From Azolla caroliniana (taxonomy: Eukaryota; Plantae; Polypodiophyta): DNA of 64,000 bases. Shown one piece after another: positions 11,914-23,900 of the stretch. The stretch lies in the NCBI GenBank assembly GCA_043228905.1, contig JBHGNT010000006.1, positions 14,198,001-14,262,000 of the forward strand, read 5' to 3'. The notes beneath the pieces are model-generated. The model searched no databases. It was not told the origin of the DNA and saw only the letters and a program-made list of their open reading frames with translations. The position numbers and the translations under genes were made by a program. Every line of letters starts with the position of its first letter. Position 1 is the stretch's first letter.

Positions 11914-14900
11914 ACAACAATAGTAAATAACAATAGATCAATCACAACTATCTTTTTTCATCAATCATAACTCCCGATACACAACATATACGTGCTAAAC
12001 CATGGAAAATCATTGCAGCGTACCATCATAGAACCATCTTCCAATATGTCAACATGTACCAAATTCTAAATCATGCAATAAATGACATATGCATGTAAAA
12101 CACTCTCATTTTCAAGCATATGCATGTACAAGTGTCTGAAATGATCAAGGGAGAACAACACGAACAACAACAACAAAACCCTAACATGTAGCAGAACGTG
12201 AAGGTAAGCCTAAAGTAGGATTACCTTTTCAGATGTCGTTAGGGTTGCAGATAGCAGGATTACCTTTCTGAAGTCCTTGCAGAGGGGACACGTTTGAAGC
12301 ACAGGTTGCAAGCAAACAGACACACCAGGTAGAGGGAACATAGTGACTTGAGAACACCTGGAGGTAGAGCAAAGCAGAGGTCACAGCCAGTAGAGCAGAG
12401 TTCAATGTCGTTAGGACACGGTGAGCACAGAACACCTAACAGTGAGGGAGAACAAGGTCAATGACGCGCTTGGAGTCTGCAGAGACCTATGCAGAAGGTG
12501 GAAGAGAGACAGAGAGAGGGAGAGGAGGTACAAACCTCGAGAATCAGGGAGTAGAAGGGGAAAGGAGAGGGAGGGAGAGGGAGGGAGAGAGACTAACTGA
12601 CAGTTCGAGATGAACATATGTGCCAAGAGAGAGAGCGAGAGAGAGACATACTTACTATATTCATAATTGAGTGACTACTCGAGATCTTCTATAGTTAAGA
12701 TTTCCATACAACATTACCTAGGACTGTGACCCAACAACCTCAACTTTTTTAACCCAAATATTGGATTATTTTTCTTTCCTCCTCATCGAATTAGTACTAA
12801 AATTTTGGCCAAAAGTTGGTACACCGTAGCATGCTTTCACCCACAAGGGAAAGAAGATTGCTAGGTATGTTTTCCGAACTATAGTTTTAAATTCTTCAAA
12901 GATTCTTTTTTGTGTTTGTTAATTTCTGCGTCCAGAATTCGATGCTTTTTATTGAGTTCTCATAATTTCAACGAGTTCCCGTTGAAAGGGGCAAGAAATT
13001 GATGCAGTGCATCGAGTTCTCGTTGAAAGGAGGGACTTTCATGATCAATATACTAGAATTGGTCACTTCTTGCTATTTTTTTGCTTTTTCTCAATGTTTT
13101 TTATGTAACATTACATTTAAAACGGGTGATTTTCGCCTACTTTTGCGGAACTTTACCTTAGTTTTCAGGTTTAGGGTGTTTAATTTTAAGATTATTGATA
13201 TATCATTGTGTTATTACCTGTTGTTTTCAATGAATCACGATAGAAGCTCCCATCCTTCAAATTGAAGATTCCCTCCCAACAAAAAAACGTTCCAACACCA
13301 TGCCCAAGCCTAACTCACAAAAAACGTTTATTGAGTCGGGTGGTCATGGGACTTCAAACACTTTAGGCGAAAAGAGTAGTGGGGAGCCTCACCTGAAGAG
13401 CTACCCTCATGTCGAGTGGACATTAATAATACCCAAGAGGAAGGAGATTTGCTCCTTAATTTTGCGAAATTTGAAGGTGAGGGCAAGTTGCAGGTGGGGA
13501 GGACCTTCACCTACAGCCATGTAAAGAACATCAAATACGAAGACAATGACTCATCGAACCTCTTGTTCGATGTTGATAGTTCGATGGGAATGCGTAGAGT
13601 CAGGATAGATGAACAAAATTTCGTAACTGACTCTTGCCACCCGAAAGCTTTGAAAAAAGATGTTCAAACCAAAAATAATTTGATTGTTGCTTTGCGCCCT
13701 TATATTAAGGGAGAGCTGATGGTCGCGCAAGCAACCACACCACCAAAGTCTGCCAATAAATCAAAACCGGAACATAAGAAGTACAAGAAAAGACAGCAAC
13801 CTGAGGAGGACGAGCCCGAGGTACTCGAGTTCGTGGAAGATGAGGAGGAAGATACCGAGCACGAAGTTATTACTTCAGGGGCCACATTGCATCGGGAATA
13901 CCCACCTTAGAGCAAAATCGGATCAGAGAAAACATTGTAAAGACGAAGCGTGTCCGTAAAGGACAACTATTTCACTTGTTGATCCCCTCTATTAAGAGGC
14001 CACCCATTGATCCTGAAACAGGAAGACGGGGTCTAGAAATAAGAGAGCCACATTCAGTGCATGTGCAAAACTTAAAAACAAAAATGAAGATAAATCCACA
14101 TGCCATTGTAGTGCCATTCTTAGTAATGGTAGACCTTGATCAGTGCCCAACTGTTGCTAACTTTAAGTACAGTTCAGCTGACGACTACACATACTATGTT
14201 ATTGGAGGATCCCCCTCTACTGAAGCTCGATGTCAACTTGTGAAGGAGTATCCTCTTACCCCATTCTTCAAATATGCAAAATGTAAAGTGTACGTTGGCC
14301 TTACACATGAAGAAGCCAAGTTGCTAGCTTGGGATCATAACAATGATAATGACTACAGATAATGTATTGAGCGCATCATGTTGTTCAATCATGAGTACCT
14401 TGATGTGTTGCATCTTGGATTGTGACGACAATGTCTGCTTTAAGTGGGGATAGCAGTTGACAAAATAACCAAGTCTGAAGGCCTGAGGAAATATGACTCG
14501 TGGTTTCAACTTGCGTTCAGAACAGGGGAGGTGTGGGACCTCTAAGATCGAATTTTTAGTATGTGGGAGTGAAAAGAAGTAAAGGGTTAAAGATCAAAGA
14601 ACGTTAAGCTCGACCCACAAGTGGAGATAAAGTCTAAGTCACGTAAAAGTGACTTAGTAATTGAAGAATTAGCCGAGGATATGAAGTTGCTTCCTTGGCG
14701 GTCATTGCAAGGAATCAAAGAAGACAGATTATTAATATTTGTATTATCAAGAGTTTCAAAAGTGAGTATTCTATGTGATGATTTGTTTTCATTGTATTGA
14801 TTTGTTGATTTGCTCTTTATTCTAACCTTACTTTCTTTTAATTTTCAGCCATAAGGTTTATATGAAGATACAAGAGTTGATGATGAAAAAATTGTCCCTG

Positions 14901-17099
14901 CCTACATGGGAAGAGGTGGAGCAATCGTGCCCCAAAACATCATCATACAAGGCTCTTGAAGAAATCTTCATTGTGTTTAGAGAATGGGTATGTATGTTTT
15001 ACAAATATTAATTGATTTTAGGATAATGGGGATCTTCTTACAAAACGTATAATTATAAAAACCACCTCACTCAAAGAAAATGGGTGACAACAATGAAGGC
15101 ATACCAAGCGCCTTCATCACCCATTTGGAACGAGCAAAATATGAGTAACGAATGACAAAAGGAAAGGAGCTCGAGGTGCCTGATGACTTAGACACCGTGA
15201 AAAGTTTTTTGCACAATGTTGGTCCTTTCCAACAACTGTACTATAGTGTTTATAATGGTGATGTGGGTAATATGCTTGACATATTACCCAAGAGACATTA
15301 TACATTGCTTGTTGCGGATATACCATATGGATTCCAGATATCAGGCTCTACATATGACGATGTAACATACAAATATCTACAAATAGAGAAGATGGTAAAA
15401 AACTTTGCAGAGCTAACCCTGGCTCCATTATGGCGAATCGTTATATTTCATAGTATGGGTCAGGCTTTATCGGTCACTACTGCATTGAAGTTGAGATGTC
15501 ATGCTACCGAACACATGCATTGGTAAGCTTTATGTTATTATATATTTAATATATGGATTCTAGGGTACTTACTATATATATTAACTTGTTTCAATTCAAT
15601 TACAAAATAGGGTTAAAACAAACGTAGCTCGTACCCCGGGTGATCGAATGGTGAGCGGTGTGGAGCATTTTTGTGTGGGATATTACAACATTATTTTTAA
15701 GAAGAAGGCTCGAGCACATGTGAATGAGCAGAACGTCATCAACTATATCATGTGCCCAGCTGTAACAAAGAAATTGTGCCATGTCTCTGGCGACAAGAGT
15801 CTTGTAAACCCATATCAAAAGCCCCGACAATTGATTAATCGATTGGTCGCGTTGTTCTCGAACCTTGATGATTGGGTGCCCAACTTATTTTCTGGCACAA
15901 GCAATGTCATAAGTCTAATCAAATTTTCTTAAAATAAAATAGAATTTCCTGTCTTTGTTTTCTTACTTTTGCATGTGTGATTGTTTGTTTAGGAACAACG
16001 ACTACGTGCGCACTTAAATTGTTGAGGAACTGCATCGCATTAGAGAAGGACCCCGAGCAAGTAAATTTTATTAAGATGAGGATCCAAGGTATCTATGATT
16101 GTCCCGACTAGGACCAAGAGGTTGGGCAAATCATATCAATGAAACTGAGACGTTTCAGCTGACCTCTAGAGAGTCAATGGAACCTATAGACGAAGAAGGG
16201 GACCTTGTCGACCTTGAAGATGCACCAGTGTCTGATCAAATACAAGATTCAGCTTAGGAGACAAAACACGTAGATGCAACACAATTGTCGGCTGATCTTG
16301 GAGAGCAACCTGTTCCAGACCTCCTAATGGAGTGATTGTATAATACTTTGTATTTGTAACTTAAAACTTGTAACCCTAAACTTGTTTTGTCATATAAGCT
16401 TTTTTTTGTTTGAGTACCATTTCTTTACACTATTCGATTGGTGTCTCGAACTTTAAGTGTCTATTATATGTTTGCAAAGGTTGACTCGTAAAGTATGTGG
16501 TTAAGTATAATTTTCATTGATAGAAGATGATAAACTATCCATAGTATGACAAATGTTGGTTCTAATTGTTTCTTCATTAATATAATTGAATTTAGCTTTA
16601 TTGTATGATCTATGTTGTCTTTAATCTTGGTTATTGAGTTTCTAGTAAACACAATAATATTAAGTCAACGTTGTTGCTCACTTGATAATACATTCATGTT
16701 GTTCATGTATGATTGGGATATAATGTTCGTAGTAGTTTTTTGGCATGTGTGGTATATCATGCGATATTCATTTGTGAATATGTTTCTAATTGTATCCAAA
16801 AATATTATTTACTAATTCAATATAACAATCTTTATAGGATTTAGAGACAAATATAGCAACAAAATTGCATTTCTAAATTTGTTAAGTTGGATTCGAAATC
16901 AACATTATGTACAATGAAGCATATTACAATTATGGTGGGGATACATAGGATAAATTTGAAATCTTGATAATATTAACTGTATTTTTTAGTGATGTTTTAA
17001 AATATTGTGTGCGCATGCGTGATACATTCTTGAAAGTTTGTTCAAAAATAGTAATTATTGACATCTCATGTATTTATCAATAAAGGAATGCGACATATT

Positions 17100-17574
17100 A
17101 CCTATTCTAAAGGACCCGGTGTTACATGCATAATAGATGAATCTGATACCACATCCCCACCACATACATCGATCCATGACTTTGTTGTGCATACATTTTT
17201 CATGTCACTTACATCCCCCCTCATTGTGTCGCATTATTCTTCTTTTAATGCTTTAACTCAATCTTGTTAAGGAGCTCATTTATTTCGAAATAAGCTTTCT
17301 AAAATTCTTGAATCTCATCTTCAAGTTTTACAACCATTTTCTTAACACTTCCATTCTCAATAACAACAATTTGGAGCTTAGCACTCTCTTTCATTAGTGT
17401 CCTAATCTCTTCACCTTGCTTGTTTATAGTTTCTTGAAGAGAAATCAAGGGACTCATAAGAATTTTGTCCATTGTGGCTAAGTTTAGTGCATTGGCATCA
17501 AGAATAATTGGTGATCTTGGCTCATAATCGATCATACTCCTGGACTTTGTTGCCAGTTTATGAGTGTTTGCCAT
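17100..17574 (-). pseudogene. Short coiled-coil ORF relic of unknown identity
   Basis: ORF 17299-17574 (LQETINKQGEEIRTLMKESAKLQIVVIENGSVKKMVVKLEDEIQEF). Coding-like sequence continues past the stop to a possible donor near 17100. Confidence 0.35.
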
Positions 17575-17654
17575 TGTAGGACCAAACCCTACGAGAAGGA
17601 TACCTCGTAAACTTGTTAGCTTTCATTGATTACAGAACTAATCTTCTTAGATCA

Positions 17655-18184
17655 TGTAAAGAATGAAGTGTACGATTCTATGCAGCGGAATAGATATGTT
17701 TGTGTGTCTGTATGAGAGAGAGAGAGAGATAGTTGACACAGAATAGATAGAAAACAAGGAAGTTGTATTCACAAGAAAATAAGGAAGTTGAAACAGACAC
17801 AACCGACTCATACGAACAATAGCAGAAAACACAGAAGAACAAGGGAGAGAAAGCATAGTACATAGGAGAGACAGAGAGAGCAGAAGACTAAAATCATATT
17901 CGAAAAATAACAAAACTTTGTACATACGAATGTGCTCAGTGAGCACTTTTATACAAGTCCATAAAGGACAGTCAGAAGTACTAACAAGTACTTCAATTCT
18001 CATAACTGAGCTACTGACACTAACTCTTAGGAATATAACTACCTACTAGACTAGGAGCGTAGATCTCTAACGGCCTACCGGCTCTCCGCGGATTTGGCTC
18101 TCCGATCCGGCTCTCTAATCTGATCCAATCCGGGCCTAGCCGATCGGTCTTCACCTGATCTGACTCTCAGCTTGTTCATGTTAG
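17655..18184 (-). mobile_element. Solo LTR of the Copia family whose LTR is at 43519-43966
   Basis: Shares gtgctc..gagcacttttatacaagtccata..gtacttcaat.ctcat with the reverse complement of 43680-43752. GATCA flanks both sides (17650-17654, 18185-18189). The 5' end is eroded. Confidence 0.72.
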
Positions 18185-18217
18185 GATCATAACCAGCCAC
18201 AACTGGTTTCTCGTATA

Positions 18218-18620
18218 TGAAAATGGGTGCAAAGAACGTGAAAGATAGTGCTCAAACAAACAAGAAAACAAAAGTAAAGAAAACGAGAGAACACAGGGAC
18301 ACAAGATGTTTTAACGTGGAAAACCTGAATGGGAAAAATCACGTGGAATCCACAAACTCTAAACATATCACTATACGGTAGGAGGACTATGCAATAAGAA
18401 ACTCGAACGCAACGATCTTGAGTTCTTCTTCGTCAACAGACGGCTACAGAGTTACAACTCTGTTCTCACTCTCTTACTATCACTCACACTCAGTTACAAA
18501 GGCAACTACTTTCTATAACTACACAAAATAATGATCAACTACTCTAATTATTCACACACATAAAGTTTGCCCTAGTTGTATTTATACTAATACAATTGTT
18601 AATAATTAGGCATTTAACTA
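18218..18620 (-). mobile_element. Degenerate LTR fragment related to the Tork/Tnt1-like Copia LTRs at 37132 and 41320
   Basis: Shared blocks acgtggaaaacc..gggaaaaa.cacg, atcactat and aaagtttgcccta..tatttatactaata. Confidence 0.6.
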
Positions 18621-19363
18621 GGGTTAATTAGTGACTAATTATGTGAGTACTTAAGGAGCAAAAGATTATGTGATTTTTGTGTGTATGTGTGCGAGAGGAA
18701 GAGAGAGAGGAAGATACACTTATGAACAATAATATAAAATGGGGGATGATTAACAAGAGTGTGCTAAAGACCATTCCTCTATATTAATAAGGATCATCAA
18801 CTTACAAAAATACCCACAATGAGGTATATATACAACTCACATGCAAGGGTGCACATGTGTGAGTAGAATATAGGTACAAGGATGTAAGTCCTATATTAAA
18901 TATACTTGGTACTGGAGGATCTACAATGTATCCCCACTTACATACAAGATCCTATTTAAGGGTTTAAAAGTGAGGATACAAGATCCTATTTACTTGTGAT
19001 TTGATTAAATAAACAAAGTATAAAAGTGAACTAAAAAACCCTTTTACAAGGGTTCTCTCTCATTCTAACTACTTAGGGCTAAAGCTTACGTTGTTACCTT
19101 TCTCCTTGATTACTTTATTGATCTCAATCTCTAAGCGTGTGTGAAATTATGGTAAAGTCTCTTCATGATTGTTTGTTAGTGTTTGGTCTTATGAATGTGA
19201 TTAGGCCATTCAATAATATTAGAGTTTGCTTTACTAGTTAGTTTACGCACTAGTTGTCTCAGAGTGACTAATAACCGGTCTCATTGTGGGTATATATACC
19301 TCAAAAGGACTGATGGTGATATGTCTCAAAAAATGACCTTGATTTGGTTATCAAGTAGAACAC

Positions 19364-20000
19364 TAGCAATGGGCAATGGTTCGGTTTTAAACAAAACGAA
19401 CAACAAAATTCTAGCTTAATGGGCTTAATGGTTTAGTCGGTTCAGGTTCAGGCTTTTGTAAACGGTTCAAGACACACACAAAAATCTATTATAAAAAAGA
19501 CTCAGTAACTTAACGTAACTTACATAGTGCTCATGTGCACTTTATATATACAAGCCCATCTGTTAGGGCCGTTATGAAGTCTGACATGTACTTCAATGCT
19601 CTTAAAGGAGCGTCTGACACTAATTTCCTACGTTGGACCTATTTAATAAAATAGGTCTACTCAGCACGTGTGACGTTCCAGACGGCTTCCGCAGCCGCTC
19701 CGACATCCGGATCCGGTATCCAGCTTCTTCCGTCGATCCGGCATCCAGTCTGGAACCCAATCTGGAGCTTAGGCTTATCAGCCTAAGTGGGCCTAACCAA
19801 CCAAATCGATTCCGGTCTTGCCTACTTGCTTGTCCAACTGGTCTGACGCATGTTGAGCTTGCTCGCTCAACAATGTTTTTGAAATGGTTCGGTTTAAATG
19901 GTTTCGTGGTTCCATTCAATTTAAATTTCAACTTTTTTAAACGGTTTGAGTTTGACACTCTCAAACTAAACTGAACCAAACCAAACCATTGTCGATTGTA
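19364..20000. mobile_element. Possible hAT-like MITE containing a Copia LTR fragment (~19470-19872, minus)
   Basis: Ends tagcaatgggcaatggttcggttt and aaaccaaaccattgtcgattg are imperfect inverted repeats, with GGTTCGG/AACC subterminal repeats. Near-TSD tagaacac/taaaacac. The inner part ends in catgttgagcttgctcgctcaaca, the reverse complement of the LTR start. Confidence 0.45.
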
Positions 20001-20998
20001 AAACACCCAAGTAAAAAAGTAAGTTTTCGGTAAGAAAAACAAAAGACATTTTAGTTTATTTTCAAGGACGAGTCGTATTTTTTATATTCATGAATCATAC
20101 TTTTCATCAAATTTTGATGTCTTGGAAAGGTCATCCTCTGTTGAATATTAGGGAATCAAAGAATAAGTTTCGAAGGCATGTACAAACTTGGGTATCAACA
20201 ACGATGACATTCTTACAAAATGGTATTTTCATGACAATGTCATGGGGCACATTGTAATATATCTCTAGGGGTTGGTGCAGACACAAATTGATTCACATGC
20301 TTTTGAGAGAATAATATTGTTGATGTTGGTAACAATAGGTGAATATTGCCGATGATGGTGACAATTGGGGAGTTTTATCAAATTGGCCAAGACACTATCA
20401 AACTTTACAAACCTATTCCCAAATATTTACATTACAACCATTATGTCATGAGAATCTCAATAGTCCTATGATCTTCATTTGGATTATAATATATCCAAGA
20501 CATTATGCAAATGAACATCAACAAAATCTAATGGAGAGAATGTAGAATTATGGACTGAATTTATCCATTTGAACAGGTTCTTGAACAAAACACTTCCCCT
20601 TTGAATACAAAATACTAGTACCCGCATGATGTGATGCGTATAGCCTAAGTTCTTGAACAGGTTTATTAAAAATCTTCATTGTTCTTAACACAGCCTGAAC
20701 ATCAAAGAACACGATAGCAGGAAACCTTTATGAAATAATAAGTTCCACGGCTTTGGGATTTTATTAAGATCTCAGAATCTGTAAAGATTTTACAAGAATG
20801 TGAAGAGTACTATTTCTCCAAAAATAGGCCAAATGATAAGTGAAATAAAAAAGATTAGCTGAGTATTTCTATACCTAGATATCAATTTGCCCAATCATTT
20901 AGTCTTGCGTTCTTATTCATTCACGCTGCTCCAAGAAACTATGACAGAAATAAGCATTCATGGACCATACCCTGATTAGTAGAACCGCAAAAAGAAAT

Positions 20999-23900
20999 CT
21001 ATCCCTTCGCCCTAGAAATGTCCAGAAAAACAAAAACTATTCATCGTCAGAAGTATATTGAAAATATTCATGGAATTTGCAAAAAACGATTGGCAATTAA
21101 TGCTCTGAAACATTCATCCTTCCAATCACTTTTGATATTGACTCAGAAATTCCCTCCATAGAAACCATAGCATTACAACAAAAACAATATCTGATCACCT
21201 CAGCTAAAAATAGATGTTTCCTTTTTAATTACTGAAAAATCAGGAAAGGTAGTTTGCACCTTGTTACGTAAGAATTATCCGTAGTATCAACAATTATCTC
21301 ATCCTCGGCTACAACAAACGTAGGAGCCTGAAACAAAAAACATTGTTGTGAGAAGGATTAGTTTCTTTAAAAGAACCACAGAAACATCATGGGTAATCTT
21401 TATAACTTTATACCATAATCTGTACTCCATTTTCCAGCACAACTTTCTTATACCTGAAAAAACAAAAAAGCTGAGATTGGCTTAGAAAACCACAGGATAC
21501 ATGTGTTAATCTAATTTGTTTCATGATGATATCAGCCTACAAAAACCATGTGTATTTATCATTCTTTCTAGAAGTCATCTTGAAGAGGGAGATGGAATTG
21601 TTAATGGTACTATACTCAGAATGAATAAGAAAATTCTATACAACTTAAATGAACGGTATTTAAAAGAACAGGTTCATCCACGTGCAGTTTCTTATTTTGC
21701 AAGAATTGGAAATGATCATATGCATAGCACTTCACAAAGCATTTATAAGAATTAAAGGTAAAAGTTCATTTCCATTTCTATTAAAACTTTAGTAATAACT
21801 ATATGAAGAAATCACACCCCTATCATTTTCCTGAAAGTTTAGGTTAATACAGATCCATTCACATGCTTGAGATTTTAACATAAAGCAATCCCCCGGTTCA
21901 TACTCTGGAAGTAATTATTGATTGCTACAAAACATTTATCATGGCCCTCAGAAAAGGGGCATATTTTCTTCACTTGCAACACCCATAGGCTACTGCTATG
22001 AGGCTATTGTAAATCTGGAAATTTTTAACCAATACATTTCTAAGGGTATTGAATCCATATTTCATTCAAAAAATTTGCAATACAAGGTGTCTGAGATTCA
22101 ATCATCATAATCATCCTCATCCTCATTATCGTTGCTATCAATGGAAGTAATATTGGGATCAACATTGTCATCAAGATTGCTTGATATGACATCATCAATT
22201 TTACTTGAAGTAACATTAGCATCATCGTTATCTGAGATGTCAGAAATGTCACTAATGGCTACTCGCAATGGATCGGCTGAATCTGAGTCATCTGAATGTG
22301 CAGAAGGTTCATCTTCATCATCAGAATCTTTGAAGCCACTTTCAGCCAGTCTTAATGCGTATTCAACAGTGAAATAGGAATCATATTTCTTATCCAATTC
22401 ATCCATTTGCCTTTTTATTTCACGCAGCTCATTCAGGGCAGCCTCATCATTTGCGTCATCAATCCTGGTAAAGAAGTAGATATTTCCGTTTCTTAGATCT
22501 AAACAAAAAACCGAAGTCCAAAAAAGATGATATCCATCAAAAATGTTCAATTGCCTCTTTTCACTGCCTGACTGCTTTCCAATTTTATCTCCATTGTTGC
22601 ATGCATCAAAGCTGGAAAAAAACCTTTTATTTACAATCAAAGTCAAAGGATAAACCATTGAACAGCTGGGAGGATATGATGAACTATGCATAAGACTAGT
22701 AGAGATTTGGGTTCAAAATGGAACCCACTTTCAAGAACTCTACAGATATAAATGCAAAACATTGTAAACCTCATGTTGGATGTGTGAACTAAAGCTATAC
22801 CTCAGTTGTCTATATTTCTGCAGCCTCAGTGGAACATAAGGCCAAACCGAAGAATTGAGTGCATATGCTCGCCAACTTGCCATAGAATTTGAGAGTAATT
22901 AGACTTACGGAGGAAAATCAAGTTATGTTCTCTTGCAGTATGTTGACCAGAAAATATAGAATGCATCATCTTTGTATATTGAGGATCCATGCAAACATAC
23001 TCACAAGCCAAAAAATCCATTAAAACATGATTGATGAGTGTCATTCCATCCAATGGCTTCATATCGTTTTCTACTCCATTATTCAATATCCGTAAGAAGC
23101 GACAATGATTGTGTAACATTTTCCAGTAGTTGTTTAAGACATTTAAACTTCTTTCAGAATGGATCAGATCTTGAATGCTCTATGTTCCCCAAGAAGGAAA
23201 AAACACAAAGCTTGTTTGGACAGCTGTACCTCTTCATACACAGTGGCATATTGGTAAATCTGCTAGAGTTTTGGAAAAGCCTTATATTGCATCATTCTCA
23301 ATTTTAAATTGAAATTATTCTTAAGACTTCCAGTTGTGATCAATGTCATCAAGGGAGAATATTGCACCTGAACTGATACAATTGCACCTGACCCAATGAA
23401 CTTGTAGAGAAGTAAAGATAGAGTGACAGTTTTCTGAAATATCTTAAGGCAGAGATATAGAAACTAAAAGCAATTATGGGGTTTAACACATAGTAGAGAT
23501 TAAAGAATGCAGAGGCAGTTCTGCAAAACAAAAGCCCATCTACCTGATATATATTTACGATAGGAGTGCACACATGTATATGTGCTATTTAAGATACATA
23601 GAATGTGCGTTACCAAGAAGAGCTTTAAATGCAGATGGGATAGCCAAGTCATGGCTTCATAAATACCTTTTAAATGCTGAGTGGGAAATCTTTTCCAGTG
23701 TACAGAAAAAGACAAGACTGTACAGGAAATCAGAAAATATTAAATCATATATGAAACGTTTTCTAGTTTAATAGGAGCAACCTACGAGCCTTCAATCCCA
23801 ACGGGACTCCCATCAAAATTGTGGGCAGCCTAATGACTGGTACACATTGGAAAATCCCATCAGAAGGTTTTGGACTCCATTCAGTTTCTTAAACGCTTAA

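Larger units (their letters stand above)
1557..12842 (+). mobile_element. Full-length Sola2-type DNA transposon (11,286 bp)
   Basis: Left TIR 1557-1583 gggttgaagcacgctacggtgtaccaa; right TIR 12816-12842 reverse-complements to gggtgaaagcatgctacggtgtaccaa (24/27 identical). 4-bp TSD ACAA at 1553-1556 and 12843-12846. GRG termini, 4-bp TSD and the transposase motifs fit Sola2. Confidence 0.88.
1549..16335 (+). pseudogene. Spliced ParB/Srx-like domain + beta-class N6A/N4C DNA methyltransferase fusion gene, split by the Sola2 insertion
   Basis: Reconstructed exons: 1549-1556 joined to 12847-12864 (MNKGKKIA), 13244-14761, 14849-14987, 15022-15522, 15611-15900, 15993-16335. Junctions 1/2, 4/5 and 5/6 were checked and are in phase. 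ParB-like: VPFLVMVD...YYVIGGSPSTEARCQL...KVYVGLTHEEAKLLAWDHNND. MTase: YNGDV...YTLLVADIPYG (15317-15328), HW|VKTN...VEHF, NPYQKPRQLINRLVALFSNLDDWVPNLFSGT|xTTTTCALKLLRNCIALEKDPEQVNFIKMRI. Many internal stops, a frameshift near 13870 and a degenerate donor at 15901. Confidence 0.85.

Noticed and set aside
13244-16335. Bacterial or phage contamination as the source of the MTase
   Set aside because: The gene has in-phase spliceosomal introns, carries a eukaryotic transposon insertion with a TSD, and is decayed by stops consistent with C-to-T changes like the neighbouring TEs.
18811-19303. Inverted match tacccacaatgag / ctcattgtgggta as TIRs of a MITE
   Set aside because: Only 13 bp, with permuted flanks and no TSD identified.
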